In this document: positions 19,071 through 29,442 of the stretch, in pieces
Layout: the number at the start of each line of letters is the position of its first letter
Position numbering within the stretch: position 1 is the stretch's first letter
Source: an uncultured virus (IMG/VR IMGVR_UViG_3300003178_000005)
Lineage: Duplodnaviria > Heunggongvirae > Uroviricota > Caudoviricetes
IMG/VR virus record: IMGVR_UViG_3300003178_000005
DNA: 64,000 bases
Direction: 5' to 3' (one strand)
Program-made: the position numbers and the translations under genes
The notes under the pieces: model-generated
The model's database searches: none
Seen by the model: the letters and a program-made list of their open reading frames with translations, nothing else
Told to the model about the DNA's origin: nothing

Positions 19071-21251
19071 TTATTTCTTACCAGAGCTTACGAAAAGTCT
19101 GATTTTATTAAGAGACGTAGGAGTCTCAACATCTACCATACAAGATATAGCATCTTTTTCTCCCTCAGGGATGAATACGTCAACAATATCGAACTCTGTA
19201 ATAACAGGCCCCAGGAACTTGTGATATGTTGTATTTACTAGCGTTTTACCAGTTGACTCAAGAAGTCTTCTGATATCGTAAATATTGTCCTCTGTAACGT
19301 TTCTCTTCCCAACAAAGTCGTCAAGAACAGATGCAAATGCAAGAGTAGCATAGTCAAGGCATCTTACCTTGTTTATCTCCATTGTTTCAAGAGATGAGAC
19401 ATCTGTTGTAAGTTGTCTAAGAACATACGGTCTTGTAGAGTAGTTCTGTTGGATAATACAGAATGTACCTGAAGCTGCAATTTCGTCAAGCTCACCATCG
19501 GTGAAATAGAAGCTACTTCCAATGATTCTTCCAATGCTGTTGTATGAAAGATTTGAAAGACCTTGCTGAGGAGGAAGGTGCGCCATAATTGCATTAGTCA
19601 TCGCAGCAACATAGTAGCCAGGGATAAGTGTAGGCTCGTCTGAAATTGTAACCTCCGCTTTGTCAGGGAAGATTGTGACAACGCCGTGGTTATCGATTGA
19701 TTCAGCTCTCTGCTTCATATTCTTTATCAAGCTACCATGTCTATCCATAACTGTAACAACAAGATTTTGTCCGCTCATTGCAGATGTAAGATTTAGGCCA
19801 GGAGTTGTTACCGTGACTTTTATCTTGTTGTCTGTAATAACAGAGTCAACTTTGGCTATTGCTCTTGCGCTGTACGGCTCTCCATACTGCTCGTAATACT
19901 CTGCATCAGCAGCATCAAGGTCTTTGTCACCAAAGATATAGTCGCCAATTGTTACACCAACAGAAAGGAATCCGCCCTCAGAACTGTCGATATAGTATGA
20001 GTCAGTAGAGGCAATCTGTGTAACATTATATGTATCGGTCTCTATTTTCTTATTTAGGAATGGAATTCTTGGACAGTTGACAGCCATTTTCCATTTCGCA
20101 ATTGTTTCTTGAGCAGCAGTCTTAACCATTCCAACACATGCATTCATGACAGACTCTGTGTCTGTTAAGGCAGTAATACTATACACGTCATCAGCTGTTG
20201 CGAGAGTCTCTAGTGCGTTGACATATGAATCACTTGTGTCATCCTCCGTGACGTATACTTTCATGGTGGCGCCAGGAACTTCTGCAGAAATAAGCTTCAT
20301 CGCATACGATAGTTTATTTTCAGCAACAGGTTCGCCAAGGATATTTCTGTAGTTTTCAGTAGTTACCTCAATAATATTTTTAGCAAGGTCTGCTCTGTTT
20401 GCATTGAAGAAGTTATACAGCGAACCATCAACAACCTTGTAGATTGCCTCAAGCTGGTTATAGTTAGACAAAGTCTTGACTTCGGTTGTGAGGATTTGTC
20501 TATTGTCAAAAGTTACGCCCTCTGGAGCATCTTTTGGCTCATAAATATAAAGCTTTACTGCAAACCCACCATCTACAGGGTTAGCGGAATTGTTTATATA
20601 AAATGATGTATCAGATGTTCCGCTTCTTCCATAGTCAAGTGGTGCCAATGTAATAAGTCTTGCCTCTTCTATATTCTTATAGAATACGATATCAAAACTT
20701 ACTGTTTCATCAGTAATGCTAGCATCTGTGATTTCATTCCACAGATAAGCTCTTACCTTAGTAACCCCACCCTCTTCTTCGATGTTAATGTCTCTTATCT
20801 TATGCTGCTCTACAACCGTTCCACCAACAATGATATCTACAGAGTCTCCAGCATTGATACCTTTGTCAAGAAGGTCTTGAAGCGTAACAGAACCAGAGAT
20901 ATCGACCTCAATTATATACTTCTCTGTTGCCGACTTAACATTTCCAGATGCCGTATTTCCGTTGAAGTCAACCTTAGCCTTTATATCTTTTGCTCCGAAC
21001 GACAGAGTTGAGAAATCTATCTTAGCACCAGGGATAACCCCCTTTGCTGACATAATTTTGTCTCCCGCTTCTGCTTCTGCCAAAATCGCAGCAATAGAGC
21101 CGTATTGCGCTGAAAGATTAAGCTCCTCTTTAAACTCTTGTTCCGACTGAACACAAGGACCAACAAGTAGTCCCTTCATTTGGCTTTCTAATATATTAGG
21201 AGCGCTTGATGTTAAATCCTGACGTATTGCTACGAATGGTCTAATTCCCAT
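19071..21251 (-). CDS. Tail sheath protein
   Basis: 726 aa. Sheath C-terminal motifs IPGYYVAA, PQQGLSNL, LRQLTT..EINKVRCLD, VETPTSLNKI. Confidence 0.85.
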   Translation of the reverse strand: MGIRPFVAIRQDLTSSAPNILESQMKGLLVGPCVQSEQEFKEELNLSAQYGSIAAILAEAEAGDKIMSAKGVIPGAKIDFSTLSFGAKDIKAKVDFNGNTASGNVKSATEKYIIEVDISGSVTLQDLLDKGINAGDSVDIIVGGTVVEQHKIRDINIEEEGGVTKVRAYLWNEITDASITDETVSFDIVFYKNIEEARLITLAPLDYGRSGTSDTSFYINNSANPVDGGFAVKLYIYEPKDAPEGVTFDNRQILTTEVKTLSNYNQLEAIYKVVDGSLYNFFNANRADLAKNIIEVTTENYRNILGEPVAENKLSYAMKLISAEVPGATMKVYVTEDDTSDSYVNALETLATADDVYSITALTDTESVMNACVGMVKTAAQETIAKWKMAVNCPRIPFLNKKIETDTYNVTQIASTDSYYIDSSEGGFLSVGVTIGDYIFGDKDLDAADAEYYEQYGEPYSARAIAKVDSVITDNKIKVTVTTPGLNLTSAMSGQNLVVTVMDRHGSLIKNMKQRAESIDNHGVVTIFPDKAEVTISDEPTLIPGYYVAAMTNAIMAHLPPQQGLSNLSYNSIGRIIGSSFYFTDGELDEIAASGTFCIIQQNYSTRPYVLRQLTTDVSSLETMEINKVRCLDYATLAFASVLDDFVGKRNVTEDNIYDIRRLLESTGKTLVNTTYHKFLGPVITEFDIVDVFIPEGEKDAISCMVDVETPTSLNKIRLFVSSGKK

Positions 21252-21280
21252 TTTAAAATCCTTTTATTTTGGTTTTTGGT

Positions 21281-22006
21281 TTAAGTTGAGCTAACCAAAG
21301 TGACATTTTTGTTTGACTCATCTTCAACTGTTATCCTTGCATATTTTATCACATTTTTCCGAATTAGCAAAACTGTGTCATCTTTGTATGTTATTGACCA
21401 TGCTATGTTTGCCATATAGACATCGTCGTGTTTTTCCATCACGTCTACCGGAGATAACGTTGGCGGGTTTACATACTTTATGAATGGAAATGGATATTTA
21501 AGTGCATCATAGCTTGTTGCAGTAATGAGCGGATATATTAAGTTTGCTATAGCCTCAACCTCAGCCAGAGATGAGGAGTATATGTTTGCATGAATCCCTA
21601 TTGTAACAAGGTCTGAGTATACGACACTTTCTTCGAGTGAAGCTTCGGGGAAATCTGTCTCGAAATCTGGAATTGCCTCCGGCATTGCGCTTGAAATATC
21701 TGTCTTATTTCCCATTATTCCAAGGTTCATCGGGGAGACGACATCACGCTTCACAACAACAACAGGATTGCCAAAGTCCTCGTTAAAATTTTTGTTTATT
21801 GCTGGCTTAACCGTCACGGTTTTATATTCGTCGCTTTCGCCAAGGAAGTCTCTTATCATCCTTAAGTAGTATCCAACAATGTTTGATGGAGTCTCAAACT
21901 CTACTCTCTCTTTGTCTGCCCAAAAAACATCTTTAAATAGATGGCCATGCTCGCATTTTTGCTTTGCAGTGTCTTCGAGCATTACCTCTTTATTGTTAAC
22001 AGCCAT
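21281..22006 (-). CDS. Putative tail terminator/completion protein
   Basis: 241 aa, NPVVVVKR motif, between neck and sheath. Confidence 0.55.
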   Translation of the reverse strand: MAVNNKEVMLEDTAKQKCEHGHLFKDVFWADKERVEFETPSNIVGYYLRMIRDFLGESDEYKTVTVKPAINKNFNEDFGNPVVVVKRDVVSPMNLGIMGNKTDISSAMPEAIPDFETDFPEASLEESVVYSDLVTIGIHANIYSSSLAEVEAIANLIYPLITATSYDALKYPFPFIKYVNPPTLSPVDVMEKHDDVYMANIAWSITYKDDTVLLIRKNVIKYARITVEDESNKNVTLVSST

Positions 22007-22014
22007 TATTGTTC

Positions 22015-22281
22015 CTAGTAATTATTTATGACAGTGCCATTATCCCCGCCGCCAATGGCCTTGTATCCACCATACGCAGCAAGACCGCCGACTCCTGCCT
22101 TTACTGGATGCTTTCTTGCATATCTGAACATATTCTTTCCTAGGCCAACCGCATGGTTCTTTAACGCTGACAGTCCTGTTGCATTTGTGGCAATATTGCT
22201 TTTGGATATTCCTTGGGCAGCCCTTACTAGTCCACTAATAAAGCTTGCTTTTTTGTCTAATGAAGAAAGTCCTCTTTTCAT
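22015..22281 (-). CDS. Small virion-internal-like protein (KxA motif, Gly-rich C-terminal helix)
   Basis: LDKKASF and GVGGLAAYGGYKA. Confidence 0.6.
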   Translation of the reverse strand: MKRGLSSLDKKASFISGLVRAAQGISKSNIATNATGLSALKNHAVGLGKNMFRYARKHPVKAGVGGLAAYGGYKAIGGGDNGTVINNY

Positions 22282-23066
22282 TTTTTTGTCTCCTGTTCTA
22301 GTATTTTTTTTGCCGTCTCAACCTCAGGCGAATCTGAAGGCATAAGGTCAAGAATAAGTCTCTGTAGGACTGGGTATGTCTGCAGTTCGCTTATTGTTCT
22401 GGCTTTAACCCTATAGAAATCCCCGGTTTTTGCGTAAAACAATATGTCATCAGTAGTTAAAACAAAGTCAGCCACCGTGCTAAGGACAACAGAAGTGTCT
22501 TCCATTGTTTTCCCTTGGTCCTGTGTTCCGTACTTCTCGTTTGTAAAATTAACAGAACTTCCATATGTCTTGTAAGGTTTTGAGTAGATTCTTATAAAAC
22601 CAGTTCCTCCGCAAACACTGCACGATGTATTGCTTGATGCCATAAGGTCATTGTCCCAGCATGACGGGCAGTGCTCATCAGAAGGCAGTCTTTTAAACAA
22701 ATATACTATACTTCCGTTATGCGTTTTTGCGACAACCCTAAAGTCGTTTCTTATTTTTTTTACTGCCCCCGATATATGGTGCGGTGCACCACGAAACAAC
22801 TTCATCTTCCTTGTTTCTTCTGTATCGCCATTATCTCCAACAACTTCAAGAATGTAGTCGAAATCACCGATAGACTTAGGCTCCTTCCTTGACATATTGA
22901 ATTCGTAGTGCATGATGTTTTTTCGATACGGAAGTTCGGAAACAATATAGCTATTCTTCTTGTCTTGTACAAGTTTTAGCCTTATTGTCCCGCTATCTAT
23001 TTTTGATGGCTCTTTTATAAATGCATCAATTATAGATGTGGAGTTTTTTTCAAGAGAAGCCTTCAT
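22278..23066 (-). CDS. Neck / head-tail connector with zinc finger
   Basis: CPSC...CSVCGGTGF motif, position after capsid. Confidence 0.65.
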   Translation of the reverse strand: MKASLEKNSTSIIDAFIKEPSKIDSGTIRLKLVQDKKNSYIVSELPYRKNIMHYEFNMSRKEPKSIGDFDYILEVVGDNGDTEETRKMKLFRGAPHHISGAVKKIRNDFRVVAKTHNGSIVYLFKRLPSDEHCPSCWDNDLMASSNTSCSVCGGTGFIRIYSKPYKTYGSSVNFTNEKYGTQDQGKTMEDTSVVLSTVADFVLTTDDILFYAKTGDFYRVKARTISELQTYPVLQRLILDLMPSDSPEVETAKKILEQETKK

Positions 23067-23536
23067 ATAACAACAGCCTCTATTCCAATTCCGAAGTAAC
23101 CTGCATACATGGTGTCACTATCATATGAGTTGGATGTAGTAAAGCCCCATCCTGAATTATAAAACTCAGAAGTTGCCCATGCAGAAAGAAGCTGTGTGAA
23201 ATACGAGCGCATCATCTGAGACAATTGTGTATACTGAGATTGCTTCGCAGATAGTGGCATGCTTGACATGTTGTTGTCTTGATATTGCAGCTGGTTTCTT
23301 AACTCTAAAAACGACTCCGACTCAAGAAGTCTCGCAATAACGCCATGAAGGACTATTATATCAGGGACTTTATTCTTGTCTCTCGCAACTGCTGGAGCCA
23401 GTATTGCAGCCTCCTGATAAGTCATAGGAATAATAATGTCCATAAGGTCATCGCTAAACTGTTCCATGTTGTCATACAGGATATTTAGCTCTGGCTTATC
23501 TTTTATATATTCCTTGATTTTATCAGGGTCAAGCAT
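23063..23536 (-). CDS. Head-tail adaptor protein
   Basis: 157 aa, DKPELNIL and RNQLQYQD motifs, position after capsid. Confidence 0.6.
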   Translation of the reverse strand: MLDPDKIKEYIKDKPELNILYDNMEQFSDDLMDIIIPMTYQEAAILAPAVARDKNKVPDIIVLHGVIARLLESESFLELRNQLQYQDNNMSSMPLSAKQSQYTQLSQMMRSYFTQLLSAWATSEFYNSGWGFTTSNSYDSDTMYAGYFGIGIEAVVI

Positions 23537-23539
23537 TAG

Positions 23540-23935
23540 TTATTCCTCTTCGCTAGCAGTTTTTTTCTGAGACTGTCTTCTTCTTCTGCTAGCAGGTTTT
23601 TTCTTTGGAGCCTCTTCTTCTTTCGATTCTTCCACCGCAGGCTCTTCTTTCTTAGCCTCTTCTTCTGCCTTTGCAGCCTCTTCTTCCGCTCTAACTTCCT
23701 CCATTAGGTCTATTTTTTCTTCATCTTTTGGCTCTTCTTTTTTGCCGCCATTTTTAATGAACTCCTCATACTCCTCTAGTCCAGAAAGCTTTCCAACTTT
23801 TCTTTCCACATATGCATCAATAAAATCTTTATATTGGGCGTAGTATTCTACATCAAGTGGAATCTTTGCTCCTGGGTCAAGGAGTCTACCTCCAGCATTA
23901 AGTATTGCGTTTTTTGAAATATTCTCGAAAGTCAT
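23540..23935 (-). CDS. Hypothetical protein with Glu/Lys-rich tail
   Basis: 131 aa, AAGGA RBS, TGgTATAAT at 23967-23975. Confidence 0.7.
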   Translation of the reverse strand: MTFENISKNAILNAGGRLLDPGAKIPLDVEYYAQYKDFIDAYVERKVGKLSGLEEYEEFIKNGGKKEEPKDEEKIDLMEEVRAEEEAAKAEEEAKKEEPAVEESKEEEAPKKKPASRRRRQSQKKTASEEE

Positions 23936-23985
23936 GTGTAAGTCCTTTTTTTGTTTTTATATGACAATTATACCAAAAAAAAGGC

Positions 23986-24014
23986 AAAAAAAAAGCTCAA
24001 CCCGAAGGTTGAGC
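23986..24014 (-). terminator. Rho-independent terminator after capsid gene
   Basis: GCTCAACC-TTCG-GGTTGAGC followed by a T-run on the minus strand. Confidence 0.85.
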
Positions 24015-24041
24015 GTTTAGAGAGTGTTTTTGACTATGTTA

Positions 24042-24824
24042 TTACAGAGTCAGCTTGATTTTCGCAACACCTTTAGTGTTTGCAAAGCCCATTCCGAAAG
24101 AACCGTAGCTCCAGAATTCAATCATATCAGCTTCAGTTTTGATGACCATTGTGTGGTCCTGAAGGATGAAAAATCTACCGAAGTAGTCTTGAGGAGCAAT
24201 GATGTACATTTCATCATCTTTAACAAGGTCATTCTTGATAGTGTCAACAACAGGGATTCCGAACAGATTGTCAACACCAACGGTGCCTTCATTCCAGTTC
24301 TTAGAAACGTTGCTATCACCAATTTCAATCATACCAAGCTCTACCAGTTCCATTTTCAGTGTCTGAGTCATAAGGAACTTAGGTTTTGGTCCACCTTTAG
24401 GAGGCATCATTCTGTTCTTAATACGCTTCTGAAGAAGTGTTTTGTAGTCGGTCTTGCTGTTCATCATCTCGAACTTTGACTTGTTGAAATGGTCAGACTC
24501 AAGCTTTTGGAATGTAATGATAAACTTATCACCTTCCCAATACTTTGCCTCACCTTGCCCACGGAAAGGAAGTGTATAAGCTTTGGCTTCCATATCTTTT
24601 TCAAGAATAATTGTAGGCTGGTCATTTTCAACAGTTCTGTCAAGGTCTGCAGATGTTACAAAAATAGGCTCAACTAGTTTACGAGCAAAGCCAAGCTCAC
24701 GAACTTTATCACGAATAAAGTACGTACTATTCTCCATTGCTTCTTTAAGAAGTTCGGGAGACTGATAGATTTTTCTTACGAAGTTAGCGTTAGTTTGCTT
24801 TACGCTTGGGGTTTCAGTATTCAT
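24042..24824 (-). CDS. Major capsid protein (HK97/encapsulin-like), probably with an internal in-frame gap near 24420
   Basis: FIRDKVRELGFARKL, LPFRGQ, FGRFFILQD, GMGFANTKGVAKIKL motifs. Only 260 aa. Strong terminator downstream. Confidence 0.8.
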   Translation of the reverse strand: MNTETPSVKQTNANFVRKIYQSPELLKEAMENSTYFIRDKVRELGFARKLVEPIFVTSADLDRTVENDQPTIILEKDMEAKAYTLPFRGQGEAKYWEGDKFIITFQKLESDHFNKSKFEMMNSKTDYKTLLQKRIKNRMMPPKGGPKPKFLMTQTLKMELVELGMIEIGDSNVSKNWNEGTVGVDNLFGIPVVDTIKNDLVKDDEMYIIAPQDYFGRFFILQDHTMVIKTEADMIEFWSYGSFGMGFANTKGVAKIKLTL

Positions 24825-24839
24825 CTAAGGCTCCTTATC

Positions 24840-25235
24840 TTAGTAATTGCAACGGATATCAATAGTTCCGTCATTTCCAACTTTGGTTACATATCCCCAA
24901 ATAACATCAGTACCAACTGTGCCTTTTGTAGGTTTTCCGTCAGTAATGGTGATAGGGTCATTAACAGCATAGGTTCCGGGGACATATCTGCTTGTTCTAA
25001 CAACAAAGTTAGATACATAGACAGGAGTCTTTCCGCTATCTTTCGGTTGCCCGTTAATCATATTTCTTTCTACTGCCATACCACATTCAAGGTGTGTAGT
25101 AGTACCAGAAAGCGTCACAAGAGAACCATCAGGAGCGATAACATCACCCTCTACAACGGTAACTGCTGGGTCGCTAACATAGACATCTTCATGACCGAAG
25201 CTTCTGTAGCCACGTACAATTTCGATATTCTTCAT
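24840..25235 (-). CDS. Capsid decoration/cement protein
   Basis: 131-aa beta-rich protein immediately upstream of MCP. Confidence 0.65.
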   Translation of the reverse strand: MKNIEIVRGYRSFGHEDVYVSDPAVTVVEGDVIAPDGSLVTLSGTTTHLECGMAVERNMINGQPKDSGKTPVYVSNFVVRTSRYVPGTYAVNDPITITDGKPTKGTVGTDVIWGYVTKVGNDGTIDIRCNY

Positions 25236-25297
25236 GTTTTACCTTTTCTTTTTTTTGTTTATTCAAACATCATAATTGTACAATGTTTTCTCGTTTT

Positions 25298-25333
25298 TGC
25301 AAAAAAGTTCGTTATATCGATACTTTTTTTGCA
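25298..25333. repeat. Inverted repeat upstream of capsid operon
   Basis: TGCAAAAAAGT...ACTTTTTTTGCA next to TACAAT (25275-25280, minus). Confidence 0.45.
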
Positions 25334-25364
25334 TATTTAAAGACAGCAGATGGTTTTCAAGGCC

Positions 25365-25482
25365 TTAATTTAGCAGAAAATCGTCAAGTCTGCTCTCTGC
25401 CGAGGCACTCTCCCCTGATGAAAAGTCGCTAACGCTTCCCATGTCAAATACCTCATCACTCTTTTTCTAATTCTACTGCCAT
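25365..25482 (-). pseudogene. Fused remnant: gene start joined out of frame to a scaffold-like C-terminus
   Basis: TGcTATAAT plus AAGGA RBS gives MAVELEKE*. Another frame gives KSDEVFDMGSVSDFSSGESASAESRLDDFLLN*. Confidence 0.6.
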
Positions 25483-25610
25483 TTCTATTTCCTTGCGAAT
25501 TTATTTTTCAATATTATAGCATAAAGAGAATAGCTATCAAAAGCATCAGTAAAACTACGGTTCTCTAATTGATAATTAAGGTAATCCTGATACAATATAC
25601 TCATTACAAT

Positions 25611-27111
25611 ATGGAGACTGAGTTGAAAAAGGCAGAAAAAGATTTTAGAGACGTGTGCAAAGAGCATGGGGTTAAAGTTATTGGTGATTATAAGGGTTCG
25701 ACTTCAAAAGTAGGCATAGTTGCAAATTGCGGCCACATAATAGAAAGAACTCCGCAAGTAATAAAGAGGGGGTTGAGAAACCAAGGAGCTGTTTTTTGTG
25801 AAGAATGTAGATATCAGAAACAGGGCGAGCAAAAGAAGCATAGCAGTATTTCTGTATTCAGTGAGCTCAAAAAAAGCACAAAAGAAGTGTTATCGAGTAA
25901 ATATGCCAATGTAGATACCCCTATGGACTTTGTTTGTGATTGCGGTGAAGAGTTTAGTAGGTCGCTGTACCAGGCCAGAAAGTCCATAGAAAAATATGGA
26001 AGGAATATATGTAAAAAATGTATAAGAGGTAAGTATGAGCCACCAAACAAGTACTCAGAAAGCGATATATCAGAACTATTAGAGTCATATGGTGCAACAC
26101 TACTATCTGGGTATAGCAACTCGAAAACAAAAATAGACTATATTGGGTCATGCGGACATCACGACAGCAGAAGATGGAATGATATATCTGGAAGCATAGG
26201 GCTATATGGTAAAATTCTGTGTTCTTCTTNNNTGGTAGGGCAGAAAATCTAACCATATCAAAAACTTCAAATGGGGAAAAAGAAGTGGAAAATTTTATAA
26301 AAAGCCTTGGGTTTAACACAGTTTCCAACAAAAGGCCAGCTTGGGCAAAAGGGAAAGAAATTGATATTCAGATACTTGATACAAATATAGCAATAGAGTA
26401 CAATGGCGAGTACTGGCACTCGGAGGAATCAGGTAAAAATTCATCGTATCACTATAGTAAAAATATTCTTGCAGAAAATGCAGGAATAAATCTTATTCAG
26501 ATTTTTGAATCAGAATGGAAGAATAAAAAAGATATCATAAAAAGTATAATAAAGTCAAAACTAGGGGTGACAGAAACTGTATTGCAAGGGAGGAAGACAG
26601 TCTTCAGAAAAATAACATCAAAGCAGGCAAGGGATTTTTTAAACAAGAATCATAGACAAGGCGGTGGCGGAGTGACAAATGAATCATATGCGCTACTTAG
26701 CGACGGGGAGATTGTCGCAGTCATGTCGTTTAAGTCTGAAAGGTTCACGTCAAAGAATAGGACTGAGCTTTATAGGTATGCATCAAAATTAGATACGACA
26801 ATAAATGGAGGCTTTTCAAAACTGCTTAAAAACGCACTAAAAGAAATAAATGGGGATTTACATCAAAAGCAAACAATATATATGAAAAAAATGGATTTAA
26901 ACTTGAGCATTTATCCAAGCCATGCCAATGGTATTATAAAGAAAATACAACTAAGAATTTAGTTCATAGAATGAATATGCAGAAACATAAACTAAAAAAG
27001 AAGTTAGACTTTTTTAATGAATCGATGAGCGGAGAAGACAATATTCGAGCAAATGGATATATAAAGATATGGGACTGCGGAACCGCAGTATATGTCCTTA
27101 ATAGAACTTAA
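25611..27111 (+). mobile_element. Hef-like homing endonuclease gene (zinc-ribbon repeats, nuclease, C-terminal domain), broken at NNN 26230-26232 and at ~26857
   Basis: Three CG/CxxC repeats, EIDI..IAIEYNGEYWHSE, FLNKNHRQG, GGFSKLLK. IYEKNGF...IWDCG continues in another frame. Own TGaTACAAT promoter, opposite strand. Confidence 0.75.
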
Positions 27112-28567
27112 GACTTCCAATTGCCATTTTATATGCATTGTACCCAAAAATCATTGCATGCAAAAAATCATCAGGCACACTCGGCGAGTGTGTCCATAGC
27201 AAGAAGGTGTTCCGCCTCTTCTGTGAATGTTTCAAAAGGTGGAAGTACGATAAACAAGTCGTCTACTGCTTGCGTCTTGTCTATATATACTGTTCTTTTG
27301 TCTTGCGAAAGCCTAACCGGAAGGTCAAAAGAGCCATACCTGAACGGCTGCACTCTATTTGCGCCAAGCTTTTCAGCCAAGTACGCATTGTTTAGGGCCC
27401 CTTCCCCAGCATCTGCACCTATAAGCCTAACTTTAAACACATTTGCTATTATTGTTATCTGCTCCATTGTCTTCATGAAGTCCTGTCTTGGGAATATCTT
27501 CTTATATACAATTTGCAATCTTTGCTTTGGGTCCCCAGCCCTTCTGCCATATATTACAACTGCATTTTTAGACACATTGCTTACACCGTCGCCAGTCCAG
27601 TCGATGCCCATAACAAAAATGTCGTACATCCTGAACATTCTTTCTGTTGGCATTTCTACTGCTGGTTCTCCTGTACATTGCTGTGAGATATTCCGAGAAC
27701 CTCATTCATGAATTTGCCCTCGTCGTATGTTTCATATTTGTGGAGCAGGTCTTCCCATTTCGACTCAAACCCAGAATGAAGCATTAGTGCTGGCTGAGGT
27801 ATTCTTGCGCCAAGATAATACGGCTCTGGTCCTGTTTTATCATAGGTAGGAACCCACACATGGTTTGCTATATCTAGTGCTCCTCCGCAATGTGTGCATA
27901 TTGGTCCATGCTTCCCAATATTCCTGTACCCTATACTGTTAAACTTTCTGCAAGATTTGCACCTAAAAAATACTTCATGCTTTGTAGACATATTCCACTT
28001 GTGTTCAATATGGTTGTCTAGAGTTTTTGGAGTTCCAGTATAGAACCTCATTGGCGTCATTGATGCAGAGAGAATCTCCTCGACAACTGGCAATTGTGTA
28101 TGGTCCATATCCTGAACCTCATCAAGCATTAAAACGTCAGCAGAGTATCCCCTTGTTCTGTCTGCATCATCTTTCATGTATGATATCGTTATGCCAGAGC
28201 CATTGGAAAACTGTTTTTCAAAAACAGAATCATTTATATCCCCTGCAGCAGAGTTTAGCAATATAGCTTTTATCCTTTTGCTTCGTGAAAGAAATTCATT
28301 AAGTTTAACTCTTGCAAATTCTCTGGCCTGCTTCTCAGATGTGGAGGCATAAAATGTTCTACTGTGCCTATATCTAGCAGAGTTTGTTAGCGCAAATCCT
28401 GCAAGAAATGTTGACTTTCCAACCTGTCTGGCTGTTTTAAGTAAAATTCTTTTTTTGGGCCAGTCATATATGTCCCTAAAAGGAGCGTGAAGCTCAAACC
28501 CAAATGGTTTTCCTTTTAATTCGAGGGTGGCTTGTGCAAAAGCAGATTGAGTTATTATTCTTGACAC
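27098..28567 (-). pseudogene. terL: Terminase large subunit, in three frames
   Basis: Walker A ARQVGKST, Walker B LMLDEVQD, TGTP, CxxC ribbon, GIDW nuclease. PDDFLHA lies in a third frame ending at 27098. Confidence 0.85.
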
Positions 28568-29298
28568 TACTCACCTCTGATTGCGGTAGTCCAATCAAAA
28601 TATAACTTTCTTATTTTTTCTAATATTTCGTTTGCATATACTTGATTCATTGCAAGATAATTTTTCAAGTCAGGAAGGTCATCTATACCAAGGCCATAAA
28701 ATCCATCGAGCCTAGATATATCAACAAGACTTAGATGGCCTAGCTTTTCCTTAATGTTCTCTATGTATCCAGTATCGTCGTCATACATATCCTCTATATT
28801 CTTAAACATAAGAAACAAAGGAGGAGCCTGCCACCCGTCATCATCTAATGTTGCCTTTATATACCCAAGAACCTCTGTTTTTAGAGGTATTGTTAGAGCG
28901 CCTTCTATTCCAACAAGATTTATTATCCCGAACGCTATTTCTGACGGAGAGTATGTGTGTAGCGAGCCAAGCTCAACATCTAAATTGTTAGAAGCTGCAA
29001 CAAATGCATCGAATGCGAATGGGTTAACCCATGCGTGGCCGTTTTGAGTAGTAGAAATTACTGTTTTTATCTTGTCGGCTATCTTCTTTTTTTCTTTGAA
29101 TACTATGTTTATTGTTTCATTTTCTGTATCGTATATATCACCGAAATATTTGCTCGCCAAATAAAACAGAGGAAATAGCGAAAAATTATTGTCATTAAAC
29201 GCTATTTTGTATGCGTTTTCATTTAGCGAGCCTAGATGACTTTTCAGTTCGTCCAGCTTAAAAGACTCCGTTACTATAAATTTAGATGCTTCAGTCAT
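28567..29298 (-). CDS. Conserved hypothetical protein upstream of terminase
   Basis: 243 aa, AAGGA RBS, coupled to terL. Confidence 0.75.
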   Translation of the reverse strand: MTEASKFIVTESFKLDELKSHLGSLNENAYKIAFNDNNFSLFPLFYLASKYFGDIYDTENETINIVFKEKKKIADKIKTVISTTQNGHAWVNPFAFDAFVAASNNLDVELGSLHTYSPSEIAFGIINLVGIEGALTIPLKTEVLGYIKATLDDDGWQAPPLFLMFKNIEDMYDDDTGYIENIKEKLGHLSLVDISRLDGFYGLGIDDLPDLKNYLAMNQVYANEILEKIRKLYFDWTTAIRGE

Positions 29299-29310
29299 GT
29301 TATAATCCTT

Positions 29311-29442
29311 CTATATAAGTGATACAAAATTTACCCAGACGGTTCTGTCTTCAGAATATTCACCAAATTCGTCGAGTATTGTTATTGTCACTTCTTCTGT
29401 ATATGCATACTGAGGAATCCCATTTTCAATGGGTTCGTCAAA
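29311..29442 (-). pseudogene. Orphan C-terminal gene fragment
   Basis: FDEPIENGIPQYAYTEEVTITILDEFGEYSEDRTVWVNFVSLI* with no start. Confidence 0.55.

Noticed and set aside
7510..21251. Bacterial contractile injection system (eCIS/T6SS)
   Set aside because: Capsid, terminase, neck and lysis genes show this is a phage.
26230..26232. Frameshift in the endonuclease at NNN
   Set aside because: Ambiguous bases. A single G restores CSSCGRAE, so this is a sequencing gap.
27171..28567. Introns or inteins explaining the split terminase
   Set aside because: The junctions lack extra sequence. Material is missing, not inserted.
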